A program made the position numbers and the translations under genes. This document shows positions 51,221 through 63,143 of a stretch of DNA of 64,000 nt, piece after piece. This stretch comes from Raja brachyura (Eukaryota). The first letter of the stretch is position 1; each line of letters starts with the position of its first letter. The notes under the pieces were generated by a model, which saw nothing but the letters and a program-made list of their open reading frames with translations, was not told the DNA's origin and did not search any database. The stretch lies in NCBI GenBank assembly GCA_963514005.1, contig OY740809.1:22010001-22074000 (forward strand), in the 5' to 3' direction.

Positions 51221-53059
51221 CCCCTCCCCCCAGTTTGTTAATGTTGCTTGTTCTTTGTATCTCTCTAAGTCAACAAAATCTATGCTGTTTTTGGAATTTT
51301 TTGTGTTTTTAATTTTTCCGTTTTATATTGTCTCTTAACTCTTCAGTAGTTTATGCTTATGCGTCAAATTATATGTTGTGTATTTTCTCGTGGCAAAGAA
51401 GGAGGACTTTGAGCTCACAAATATCAAGTGCACAGGAGTACCTGGAATAACACAATATAAACAAAGACCTACCTCCACCACCTGTACATCTTCACTGTAC
51501 TGTTTTACTGTGTCTGGATCACAGTTCAATCCCATCCATTCCATTCCCCCATTTACCTATTCTGTCTCACATGCACATTATTTCCGGCACAATTTCCCTA
51601 CTATGACCTAGGGTAGGAATAATTTACAATATTCAATCAACCTACCAACCTACTCATCTTTGGGACAGGGGAGGAAACTGGAACACCTGAGGGACACCTC
51701 CTTTCTCTCACAGTCTCTGCGTTAGTTATATTGGAGAGCGCCCTGTATATCTTTTTAAGCACCTTTCCTGCCAGCTCTCACAGTCTGAGAACATACATTC
51801 TCTATCACCCACACTTTTCAGTATCGTGCCATTTACTGTGCATTCCTTTGATGTACCTGACCTCCCCAAATGCAATTTCACATTTCTCTTCACAGCTGAT
51901 ATTTATTTCTCATGTCCCCAGCAGCGTTTACCCTTCGGGGATATAAATAGGTTCTGTATCACTTTCAATTATTTCTTGCACACCTGCCGCATATCTGTTT
52001 TACATATCATCAGACTTGTCCAGGTTGTTGTCTCCGGCTTTGCTCTGTTGAAGTCGACTGTACCTAGATCTAGAATATTTGCAGGTGTTTGGCTTTCTTG
52101 CTTTCAAGTTCTGTGATGAATTCAGTCATGTTATGAATGCTATTAGAATGATGTTCATACTCCTCGAGGCTATTACTCATGAGTCATTGCTACGTCTAAT
52201 GCGGTCGACTCGTTGGGCTCCAGGACATACAGTTGCAGAAAACTGAGCACAGACAAGAAGTTCATTATTTTCCTGACATGTGCTAGCCTGTTTATTCTAA
52301 TCTATATCAAAGTTAAAATCCTACGTATAAAGTGCACGGCCTTTGCTGCATCTGCTCTCACCTCTGCCATCTCCTGAAACCTCCCAAAAGGTTCTCTCAT
52401 GTAGAAGATTCACAACTCCACCTCAGTCATCAATTATTTTTCTATTCTCTCTGCACTAGGATTCTAGTTCAGGTGAAATCTATCTGATCGTACCTGTTCC
52501 TCCTGGTGCCGGTATCTCATGTAAAAGAATGCCTTCCACACCATTCTTCAGCCACATCTTTTGATTGGCCTTTCACCAGAATGCAGTAGCCTGGATTATA
52601 GGGCTCCAGTCCGAGAATATGTATGTCTTCCCCCAGACTGTACTCCGCTCCCTCATTTCTGGGCCTGCAGAGTGTTGGTCTAGATTATAGAGCTCCAAGT
52701 CCAAAGCGTATGCATATCCAGCAACAGTGCAATGCCCCATTACTGGCATCTAGATTATTGACCTGGATTATGGAGCTTCCATCTTGAAGTATACACATAT
52801 GGTGAGAGTGCAACACCATGCTGCAAGGGGATTGTGCCCTGCAGGTGAACAATGACAAACATGCCATTCTGAGCATTGAGGAGGCCATTCAGCCCATCCT
52901 GCCCCTAGGGGTCTTGTCTTTGAAGGTACTATCCATTTTATTCCATGCCGTTGTGCGCATTCCCTGCCGGGGAATGTGGTAAGAAGATTGTGCTTCAATT
53001 ATATAGGAAGTCAGTGAAACCATAGGTCGGGGTAATGCTCTCTTGTAAAATACGGTGTT

Positions 53060-53720
53060 ATAATGTAAACAGTTCAGAGAAGGTTAATAACATTGATTCT
53101 GGGAATGGGCGAGTTGTCCAGTGAAGAAAGGTTAAATAGAATAGGTTCTGTATTCATAAAAGTTCGGAAGAGTGAGGGTGGACTTAATTGAAACATAAAA
53201 TCATGACAGATCTTGACAGGTTGGATGTGGAGAAGATATTTTAGGAGAATCTAGAACACAGGATTTCTATTTAAAATTTAGTGGTCAACCATTTATGACT
53301 GAAATTAAGCAAATATTCCTTTCTCAGAGGGTCACGAGTTGTTGGAACTCTCTACCTTAAAGGTGAGGCAGAGCATTTGAACATTGTTAAGACAGAGATA
53401 AATAGAGAAACAAGGAACTGTAGATGTTCATTTACAAAACAAGACACAAAGTGCTGGAGTAACATTGGGTCCGGCAGCATCTTTGGAGAATATGGATAGG
53501 TGATGTTCCGGGTCGGGACTCTTCTTCATCTGAATTACTCCAGATGAGTTACTCCATCACATTGTGTCCTTTTTGGAGGTAAATAGATTCTTGTTTGGGT
53601 AAAATGGGTAAAGGTTTACTGTAGATAGGCAGGAATGTGGCATAATTGTTACATTTGGAGTAGCCATGATCTTCGTGGATGACAGTGGAGGCTTGAATGG
53701 TTGAGTGGAGTTGGAATTTG
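53060..53720 (+). mobile_element. CR1 LINE 3' portion interrupted by a hammerhead-motif repeat (53407-53575)
   Basis: gacttaattgaaacata, ttctcagagggtc..gttggaactctctacc, CR1 tail agccatgatct; insert flanked by gagataaataga / gaggtaaataga. Confidence 0.85.
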
Positions 53721-54354
53721 TATGTTTGCATGTAAATCCAGACGGGTTAGGTAATATTCCATGGTTTATAACATTTAGGGTCCTGATATAATTTAACTCC
53801 TGGTTCTTGGAGCTTTTAATCAGAACCACTTGCCACTTCATTCCTCATTTGTTGATTTAAAATATAGCCCATGCTGACTGGCATTACTATTTCAAGCCAT
53901 CTGGAGAAGACTGTTACCCGGGCACCAAGTAGGCAATATATTATGTGGGATTCTAAACTCTACACATTAATCAAATTTTGACCCTGCACCTCTCCAGCTG
54001 TGACCAAACCCTGGAACAAATTGTCCAAATACTTCTGTTCCTTTATATGTATCACTGTGACTCCAAATTGGAATCCTAGCTCAGTGACTGAGCCAAATAG
54101 ATTTAAAAGCAGGATCTATTGCACCAGTATTTACTTAAGACAGAATTGCTGTCATATAATAATCCATAATATTTAAACACACCTTTCAGTAGAGCGTAAT
54201 TTTGATTCATACTGTAGGTACCAAAAAACTAGATAACATTTTGGATAAATATTATCTCAAACCTGCATGGAATTACAAGTGTTGGAGGGAAAACAAAATA
54301 TCACCTTTGATGCCTTCAATGGATTTAAAAGATATCTGGCTGGAATATTGAGCA

Positions 54355-55025
54355 AGAAACAAAGTGCTGGAGGAACTCAGCGGGTCAGGCAGTGTCGATG
54401 GAGGGAATTGGAAGACTAGGGGGAAGCCACTGAGCTGATACACGTGATCCAGCTGACTATCGCCCGCAGGGGGTAGCCACCGGGCCAGTCCCCCGCGATT
54501 GAACGCGACCTGGTGGACTGCGGTCTGGAAGGGAGAGCCCGCTGAGCCGGTCCCTGATCATCCCCCAAAGACAATTGAGTGGGAGGATGGAGCTGGCAGC
54601 AACAATGGACACGACCAGCGAGACGGAGGCTGGTAGCAGAGGAGAGGGAGCCGGGGTCTGGCCAACCGCGCCCTTGAGGTTTTCTGCACGAGGATCCCCT
54701 GGGGCACAAAGGTGGACGGGAGAGCAGAGGGACGTTGGTTCACAGGTCGATCCACATGATCAAGGAAGGCAATGGCTGGAGGCCTTGCAGCAGCCTGAGG
54801 CTTGCCTGAAAAGGGGGCAATGCTCATAACAACTGGACTGGACTTTGAAAATGGCACCAAAATATACGGCTCTTGCATGTGGGATCAGTGGACTGTTTTT
54901 GTACATTCGCCAATCGTGGATGTGCTTGGGTATGGCAATACTCTGCTGGACTGCTTGTAAGAAAAGAATTTCACTGTGCATTTGCACTTCACACATGTAA
55001 CAAAAAAAAAGCACAATTGAACCAT
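54355..55025 (+). mobile_element. Fold-back family arm (54355-54412) followed by a GC-rich LINE-tailed retroposon
   Basis: aaagtgctggaggaactcagcgggtcaggcag arm; 3' part ends aagaatttcactgtg...aattgaaccattg like other LINE tails. Confidence 0.5.
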
Positions 55026-55439
55026 TGGACTGATCGTCCCACAAATGGTGAGAACTATATCTATACTTGTTGATTGCAATGAAGTCATCACAGTAACCAT
55101 TTGCTACCAAGTGATTTCCTCATCAAACCAGCAGCAATGAAGTGGCACTCCACATTGCTTAAAGGAAACCAGCACCTTAAAGAGCATGTTGCTTTATAGT
55201 TGGTGCTGGCACTGAATCTAACTTGAGAAACATTGAAGGATGCTGCAATGTGGGACAGGGCTCTCAAAGGTTTTCTGATGACTCCAAGTGGAGCTGCAAA
55301 TTAGCAAAGATATCTTGTATTTTCAGAGGCTATGACACCCTCTGTATGTAGGATGCAAACCCTTCACTCTTTGGATGCAGTGATAGTAAATAGCTATGAA
55401 GATCAATGCGAGGAGTGCAGCCTTGAAGAGATGAGATCA

Positions 55440-55900
55440 GAAGCATGGAAAAATCACCTCTTGCCGAGATGAATGCAGCGCAAACAACTCTCAAGAAAAT
55501 CGACACCATTCAGGGTGAATTAGTCTGTTTGATTGGTTTCTTCCTGTACCCTAAACATTCAGTCCTTTCACCACCAGTGCATTCGGAGTGTGTCATTGAT
55601 AACATGCACTGCAATTACTCACTCGGGCCATCTAATAGTATTTGCCAAATACTATTAGATGGCCGCTCTATGATCTTTAGTATTTGCCAACTCACAGTGT
55701 CTAACAATAAGAAAGACAAGGCAACACTCGGGTTGCCTCCAAATTCTGCACCATCCATGCAGGCGTTGATCATTGCTGGGTCTGAATCCTGCACCTCCCC
55801 ATCCAGTAGCACAGTTAGTAACATCACCAACACTGCAGTAGTTCAAAAAGGAAATTAAGGACAATTGGGAATGTGCAAAACATTCCCATGAAGCCCATAA
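55440..55900 (+). mobile_element. Ancient CR1/L2-superfamily LINE 3' fragment
   Basis: SPLAEMNAAQTTLKKIDTIQGELVCLIG resembles a LINE RT C-terminal motif. Confidence 0.65.
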
Positions 55901-56733
55901 ATCAAAAATAAAATAAACATGTATTGTTATATAAATAGATATTTTTATATAACATGTAAAATTGTGTTTCATGCTATATAAAAAAGAGATACAATTAACA
56001 TTGGGCAATCCTGAACATCACTTAAAATCCAGAAGAAAAAAGCAGACCATCTAATGATTATTTAATTGCAGGAACTTGTGTGAAAGTTTGCAGTGGCATT
56101 TCCTATGTCACAGTGGAAATCACACTTCAAGCGAGCACTTCATTGAAGGTGCAATGCTTAGGAATGTCCTGAAGTTGTGAAATGTGTAAAAGATAATTAT
56201 TTTGTACCTTGAGGCAATGTTCTGGACTGGCACAAATTGGCATCATTAGGTTTGCGCACTTACCTGGAGAACGCACTGGAATACAAATCTCGGTGTCCTT
56301 TCGTTCTGACTCTGCCGGAAGCAGTGACCAAAGTCAAAATGCCCTGTCCACTTTAAGTATTTATTTGAGGACTTTTTATTATTATTTATGGTTGTTATAT
56401 GAAATAAAAGAATGCCAGTGGCTAACAACTAAGGACTTTGAGGATATGATGGCAGTTTGCGACTTGAAAGTGAGTCTGTGATTTTACTAATGAATCCGGA
56501 GTCAGGAACTATTGTCCATCTTCAGTAACGTCCCTGGCTGGCCATTGACCCACATGTTTTTCATATCAGATCAAAATCTACATGCAAATAGCACACATCA
56601 TTTTAATCCTTGATTGATTTTTGACAAACAATTTTTTTGATTCACCCATTCAATGTTAACCATTGTTTCTGTGAGAGTGCTTTCAAAGTTTCATGTGCTG
56701 CATTCTATCGTGACATGTTTTGCTTTGTTGCAG

Positions 56734-56959
56734 TTCCAATGTCGATTAAAGCCAACGGCAGTTCACTTTCTCTGAACATGCAAAAGGATGGCTCAATAGG
56801 AGGAGTGACAAACCCAAATGAAGTGTTTTGCTCAGTCCCAGGCCGCCTGTCCCTGCTCAGCTCCACGTCCAAGTACAAGGTGACCGTGGGAGAGGTTCAG
56901 AGACGTCTATCATCCCCAGAGTGTCTGAATGCATCACTACTCGGAGGAGTGCTGAGGAG
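56734..56959 (+). CDS. tfap2e: AP-2 transcription factor, exon 4 (basic DNA-binding region)
   Basis: Acceptor ttgttgcag; VPMSIKANG...[46 protein letters not shown]; donor gtgagc; 226 nt, phase 1/2. Confidence 0.96.
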
Positions 56960-57345
56960 GTGAGCGGAGGAAGGAGGTCAAACCTGTGATTGAATAAGAG
57001 TTGGAGTCAAAGAGAAAGGTTGAGAAAGATGAAGAAATTGCACTACATCGGAGAGGAAAAAAATAACCACAAGAGGCATTGAGGTTAGAAGGTAAAAGTG
57101 AAGGGGAATAGAAAAGAGGATAGAGAGGGAAATATTTAAAAAATACACAACATTAAAAAGTAAACAGAGATGGAGGTTGACAGGAAGAAGGTACAGGAAA
57201 CATGGACATTGAAAACATTCAAAGCAATAATGAGCTTTTTAACTTTGCATCTAATGAAAGGTAACTAAATATATGGATATACCAAGAACAAGTTGGCACA
57301 GTTCCATTTGTGCACTTGATTTAAACGCATGTCTATCTTCCTCAG

Positions 57346-57464
57346 GGCAAAGTCAAAAAATGGTGGTCGATCCTTAAGAGAAAAGTTGGAAAAGATTGGA
57401 CTGAATTTGCCTGCAGGAAGGCGCAAAGCAGCCAATGTTACCTTACTCACCTCACTCGTCGAAG
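57346..57464 (+). CDS. tfap2e: AP-2 transcription factor, exon 5 (basic region to start of helix-span-helix); gene continues beyond the window
   Basis: Acceptor cttcctcag; [40 protein letters not shown]; donor gtaagg; 119 nt, phase 2/1. Confidence 0.96.
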
Positions 57465-58479
57465 GTAAGGGAACTTTCAACAGACACTTGAAGACAACAG
57501 TCAGTATGCTTCTTTCTTTTGAATCTGCAAACCCAAACAGGCACATAATGCACAGAAAGTATTAATAGCCTTGTGACTTCATGTGTCAACTAATTCGTTT
57601 TGAGATTCAAACAACAGCTTGATTCTGCAAAGTCCAACTGCAATGTTTGGGTATGCAACAAAACATGAACAGCTTGTCACAAATTGTTTTATATTGAACC
57701 TTTGCACTGTTAAAGCACATGAGGATCCAGAGCAAAAGGTCAACGGGAAAGAGCCAAACCTAATTCTGCTGCCTGACCGTAACTTTTTGATTGCTGCTAT
57801 CTTTATGGTGGAAAACTCGTTTTTTGCAGTAAAATGATTCAAACATTTCTATCAATAAAAAAATAATGGAAACATACAACAAATTTGGAATTTAATGCCA
57901 AATATACCAGTCAGATAATTTGAAGAGAGCTATTTAAGGACAAAGGACAAAGGACAAAGGACATTTATTGTCACATACACCAATTCTGTTCTTGGTCATG
58001 GTTCTTCCAGCAAATCTGAACTTCTTTTCCCCACACAACTGCTGTTGAAAATGCAAATTGTTGAAAAGCTGGAAGAACATTGAGTGAAAAAAGAGTTCAC
58101 AGCAACCGCCTGTATGTACGAATATGTATTACGTAGATCTTAATTTTCTGCTTCATAGTTTAGGTTTTAGTTTATCATTGTCGTGGCTACTGTTTTGCGT
58201 GCTATTCAATCAAATCAGATAATACTATACATAAGTACAATCAGGCCAAATTCAAGTACAAAAGGTAGAGCAAAAGGGAAGGTGCAGATGGAAACATCCT
58301 TCCTCTCTCCCCTCTCATCATTTGCATCAATTCTCCCTGATTCTATAATTTGTTTACACACCATGGATAATTTCCAGTGATCAGATAGACAACCAATAAT
58401 TCTTTCATAGAAAATGGTTGGGCGATCTTTTGGGCCAGAACTCTTCTGTAGAGTGTCTCGATTTTTTTCTATTGTTGGC

Positions 58480-58769
58480 ACAAATAAATGCAGATGCTAA
58501 TTTACAAAAAATAACTAAAAATGTTCGGAGTCAGGCAGGAATGGGGTACTGATCGTGGCTGATCAGCCATGATCACAGTGAATGGCGGTGCTGGCTCGAA
58601 TGGCCGAATGGCCTATTCCTGCACCTATTGTCTATTATCTCCGAAGAAGTGTCTTGACCCAAGATGTCACCTATCCGGTTCATCCACAGATCCTGCATGA
58701 CCTGTTGAGTTACTCCAGCACTTTGTGTCTTCTTTTGTAAATCAGCATCTGCAACTCCTTGTGTCTACA
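58480..58769. mobile_element. Fold-back hammerhead-motif repeat with a CR1 3' tail (58533-58636) nested inside
   Basis: Inner segment is nearly identical to 22308-22411; outer arms match the family. Confidence 0.8.
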
Positions 58770-58781
58770 GTAAATTTTTGT

Positions 58782-58925
58782 TGTGTGGGACGAAACTAGA
58801 GTGCCTGGGGGGAATCAAAGCAGCCACAGGGAGAGTGTGCAAACTTCACATCGATATCAGAGGTTAGCATTGAGTCCAGTTTGCTGGTGCTCTGAGGTAG
58901 TAACTCTACTCCCCATGTCACTGTG
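58782..58925 (-). mobile_element. Old HE1/V-SINE 5' half
   Basis: cacagggagagtgtgcaaactt..ac, similar to 29340-29440. Confidence 0.6.
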
Positions 58926-59289
58926 TTTGCTTACAAGGAGTTCACCAAGATGGAGATTTCAGAAGGTGATGATAATTCCTTACGCTGCTTTAATTACAAT
59001 GTCTTTATGCTGTCTTAATTAATATCAGGTGCTGATATTAATTAAGACAGGCCATAAAACATAGGTCCTTAAATGATAAGATTTCAATTTTATATGTGTT
59101 AGAAAATTAAAATATTGACCGTATTAAAGTATGATTTTTTTGGTGTAAAGTGCAAAACTTGTACTTTCATGGGCATTTCACTGAAATATTTCAGAGTTTG
59201 AACCTCACCCCACTTGTGTAGTTATTTATTAAGAAAACACATTTTCGGTAAAGCCACACAGGTTTGCAGATTGTGCCAATCCTTCATGC

Positions 59290-61200
59290 TGCAGGAATCA
59301 GTAACAGGGCCAGCATTTATTACCTATCCATAATTGCCCTTGAGATGCAAGTGGTGGTGAGCTATACGTTGTGGTTCTCTGGTGAAGGTGCTCCCAGTGT
59401 GCCCTTGGATAGGGAGTTTCAGGATCTAGACCCAGCAATGATGAAGGAATGGACATACAGTTCTAAGTTAGGATTTGAGGTGACTTGGAAGGGAACATAC
59501 ATCCGGTGGTGTTCCTGTGCTCCTGCTGCCCTTGTCCCCTTTTGGGTAGCGGTTGTGGAGGTTGTGGTTAGGGAGATGGAGTTGGAGCAGCATCGGTGAG
59601 TAACTACAATGCATTTTATAGTTGGAATATTCTGCAGCCGATACTGGAGGGCATCAACGTTTAAGATAGTTGATGGGGTGCCAGTCAACTGGGCAACCTT
59701 ATTCTCTTTGATGCTGAGCTTTTTACACATTGTCACAACTCAACTCGTTCAGGCAAGTGGAGAGTAATCATTCACACTCTTGTTAGTTCCTTCGAAATAG
59801 AGGAAATAATTTGAGGTGATAGGAGATGAGTCAGTTGCCAGAGGATACTCAGTCTCTGATCCAATCTTGGAGACACTGAGAATTTGTGACAGATCCAAAT
59901 GAGTTTCTGTTTACCAGGATGTTGGTGATGGGAGAAAAGATTAGAGTAACATCAATTAAATTATGGGTAGATAGACCTTTTCTGGTAGGAAAAGGTAATT
60001 GCTGGCTCTTTAGTGGTGCACGGGTTACTTATCACTTATTAACACGTGCCTACATGTTGTCCAGGTCTTGCTGCATGTAAGTACAGTCTGCTTCACTTTC
60101 TAAGAAGTTGCAAATGGAATTCAACATTGTGAAATTATTGGCTCTTTGTCATGCCTTGATAGCAAGTAGTCACTTTCTCCTCCCTTCTGCAATTCAGCTC
60201 TTGTCCAAGCTTGCAGGATTTAATCCTGGTGAAAGTCAGATTTGCATTGGCAAACAGGTTATTGATGATTAAGTGTCACTTGATAGTTGTCCAAAAAACA
60301 TTTCCATCATATTACCAACAATTTGGAATAGATTCATTTGGCAGAAACTAGTTGGATTGTATTTGTCCCGATTTTTGTGGCTAGGATACAGCTGGACAAT
60401 TTTTCACAGATGTGCCGTTGTACTGAAACAGTTTAGCTCAAGGTGTACTTAGTTCTGGATGCTAGTCCTCGGTAGCACTGCTCGGACGTTGCCTGGATCT
60501 ATAGCCTTTTTGCTGTATCCAAGGTGGTTAGCTATGCCTTAATTTTACATGGATTGAATTGAATTATCTAATGACTGGTTTCTGTAATGGTTGTGATCTC
60601 AGGAGGAAACTGTGGCAGATGATGCGATCGACACTTTTGATTGAACGTGATTGCAATTGTACAGCCTTGCCTTCAGCACTCACATCTTGGGTCCCACCAG
60701 CAGTGAATATCGGGATATCTTTGAATTCTCCTCCTTTTGTCTGTTGACTACCATTCTTATTTAGTTGTGATAGAACTGCAGAACCATGATCTGGGTGCTG
60801 TAGAGTGTCTTGGTTTTTTTCTATTGCAGACACAAGTAACACAGGTGCTGGCTTACACAACACAAAGTGCTGGATTAACTCAATGGATCAGGCAGTACCT
60901 CTGGAGAAGTGTCCCGATCCAAAACAGTGCCTATCCATGTTCTCCAGAGAAACTGCCTGACCTGCTGAGTTACTCCAGCATTGTGTCTTTCTATCTATTC
61001 CATGCTGTTTTGATTCAAGAAAGCACATTGCCCTGTGCCCCAGCTTTAATAGATTGGCCCTTCTTTTTTGTGGCTGGACTTTTACTTGGCAAGAGTATCG
61101 TGCCAGATGACAGGGCTAGAGATGAAGTTGGTGTATATTTGTGTGCTGCTGATTGTCCAACAGGTCCATTCTGATGTGTTCTATTTAGCACAATGACAAT
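59290..61200 (-). mobile_element. Long ancient CR1/L2-superfamily LINE remnant, interrupted by a fold-back repeat at about 60826-60992; a second copy of part of it at about 61858-62130
   Basis: Minus ORF NKVAQLTGTPSTILNVDALQYRL; 60337-60440 aligns by eye with 61861-61962. Confidence 0.65.
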
Positions 61201-63012
61201 GCCACATGATATGAAGAGGGTGACTTGGTCACTTGACCTTCTTCAAGCCCGTCTTTTCTCATTGAGTTGACCTGTTGGTGCATTGAGCTTTTATAACAGG
61301 TAACGTCACTTGTTGACTATTGTAAGACAATATTATTTTATATCTGACCTTGCATATTCAGTATTTTATTAGGATATGTCTTCAGATTTGTCTATTTTTC
61401 AATTGGCACTTTGCTGTATCTGTTTATGTATATGTTTCTGTCCAAGACTGAACAATCAACAACTATTGATGTTCATTTCATTATATTGGACATTTAACTT
61501 TCCCTTTAATTGTAAGATCATTACATTTTCATTCTATCACTGTATGACAATAGCAGCATATGAGCTGTTTAAATCACTGTACAGACTTTTGCCAGCTTCA
61601 GCGTTATACCACTCATTGCTTCGTGGCATTGTTTTTTGGTTCTCAATTGCTCTCATTGAGAAACTCCTTGGTTGAGCATCTGTGTGTTACATTGCATGCT
61701 GAACTTATGTGCTCTTTAATTTTTATATTTAAAGCATTTTGCTGATCTAAATTGTGATGGGAGATTGGTACCAGCTTTCCCCTCCTGCCTTACCTTTCTC
61801 ACTAAACCTTAATGTCAAAAAGACATTCCATTATATTGCCAAAAATTTAGAGTGGACAGTTTTGGCAGTAACTAACTGGATTTTATCTGACCTGATTTTT
61901 GTGGATAGGACATAGCTGGGCAATTTTTCACAGTTTTGCAGTTGTACTGAAACAGTTTGGCTGGCGTTACATGTGCATGTCTATATGCATGTCTTCCATA
62001 TTACTGCTGCGATATTATCTGGTTCTGTAGTTTCCAAGGTTCTCAGTTGTGCCTTGAATTCACTTTGAATGAATTGAATTGTCAGATGACTGGCTTCTCT
62101 GATGGTGGGGGATCTCAGGAGGAATCTGAGGTGGGTTATGCATGCGGCACTTTTGGCTTCCCCCACCTGATTTACCTTCCTCACCAAAGTCACTCACTCA
62201 TACGATTTTGCTTAATTTTGTACTTCACAAATTTGTTGCACCCACATGACCATACACTTCATTAAGATTGCCAAAATTCCTTGGTGTATTTAGAAGTCAT
62301 CTCCATTGCTGTGGCTATCTTACATGCCCACCCATATGTTGTGCATTCAATAACTTACAGTAGATTGAACTTGTCACTATGTTGAAGCGTGCATGAAATC
62401 ATTACATTTGATTGAGGAAGATGCCAAAATCACAGTCATCATGACAATACTTTACTATAATTGGTATAATGCTACAAGTACTAATGGTCTCTTTTGATTT
62501 TGGGTTCTGCTCCTAAATTTGTGAATTTTTAAAATCTCTGAGGATGCTGGAGTAGTGTTTCTCCAAAGTCTTTGCAACTTCACCAAACAAAAGAACTTTT
62601 ACCTTGTTCAGAACCAGGAGGTCCGGTCTGACTTTTATTATATGTTGTCACAAGGGGCCTTATATGTAGTTACACAGTTCATAATTCCTTTGAGAAAATA
62701 CCAGTCCTGCAGTTCCAATTTTGAAATGTTTGCAAATTCAAGACTGGCATCTTTATAGTGATGTGTACCTGGCAACCGGAATGCTCAGAACCTTCACAGT
62801 TCATACTGATTTTCAAACAGCTGTAGTCAAATTTATATTATCTATGCCAGTTAATTGTTTAGCTCTGCAACTTCCAAACATGCTTCAAAAACTTTGTAAA
62901 AGTGTCTACATTTTGGTGCAGCATCCATCTACTTTGTGTCAAAATAACCGGCACTGACTTTGGGTTCAGTTACTGTTTGGTTGCTGAGGAGAATTAATTT
63001 TTTTGCTGTCTT

Positions 63013-63143
63013 TCAGATTCAGATTCAGATTCAGATTCAATTTTAATTGTCATTGTCAGTGTACAGTACAGAGACAACAAAATGCATTTAGCATCTCCCT
63101 GGAAGAGCGACACAGCAAATGATTTGAATAAATAACAATAAGT
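63013..63143 (-). mobile_element. LINE 3' tail with (ttcaga)n microsatellite end
   Basis: ttcagattcagattcagattcagattca followed by attttaattgtcattgtcagtgtacag. Confidence 0.65.

Noticed and set aside
60337-62130. Local segmental duplication (60337-60620 vs 61858-62130)
   Set aside because: Both segments look like the same region of an ancient LINE family, so independent copies are the simpler explanation
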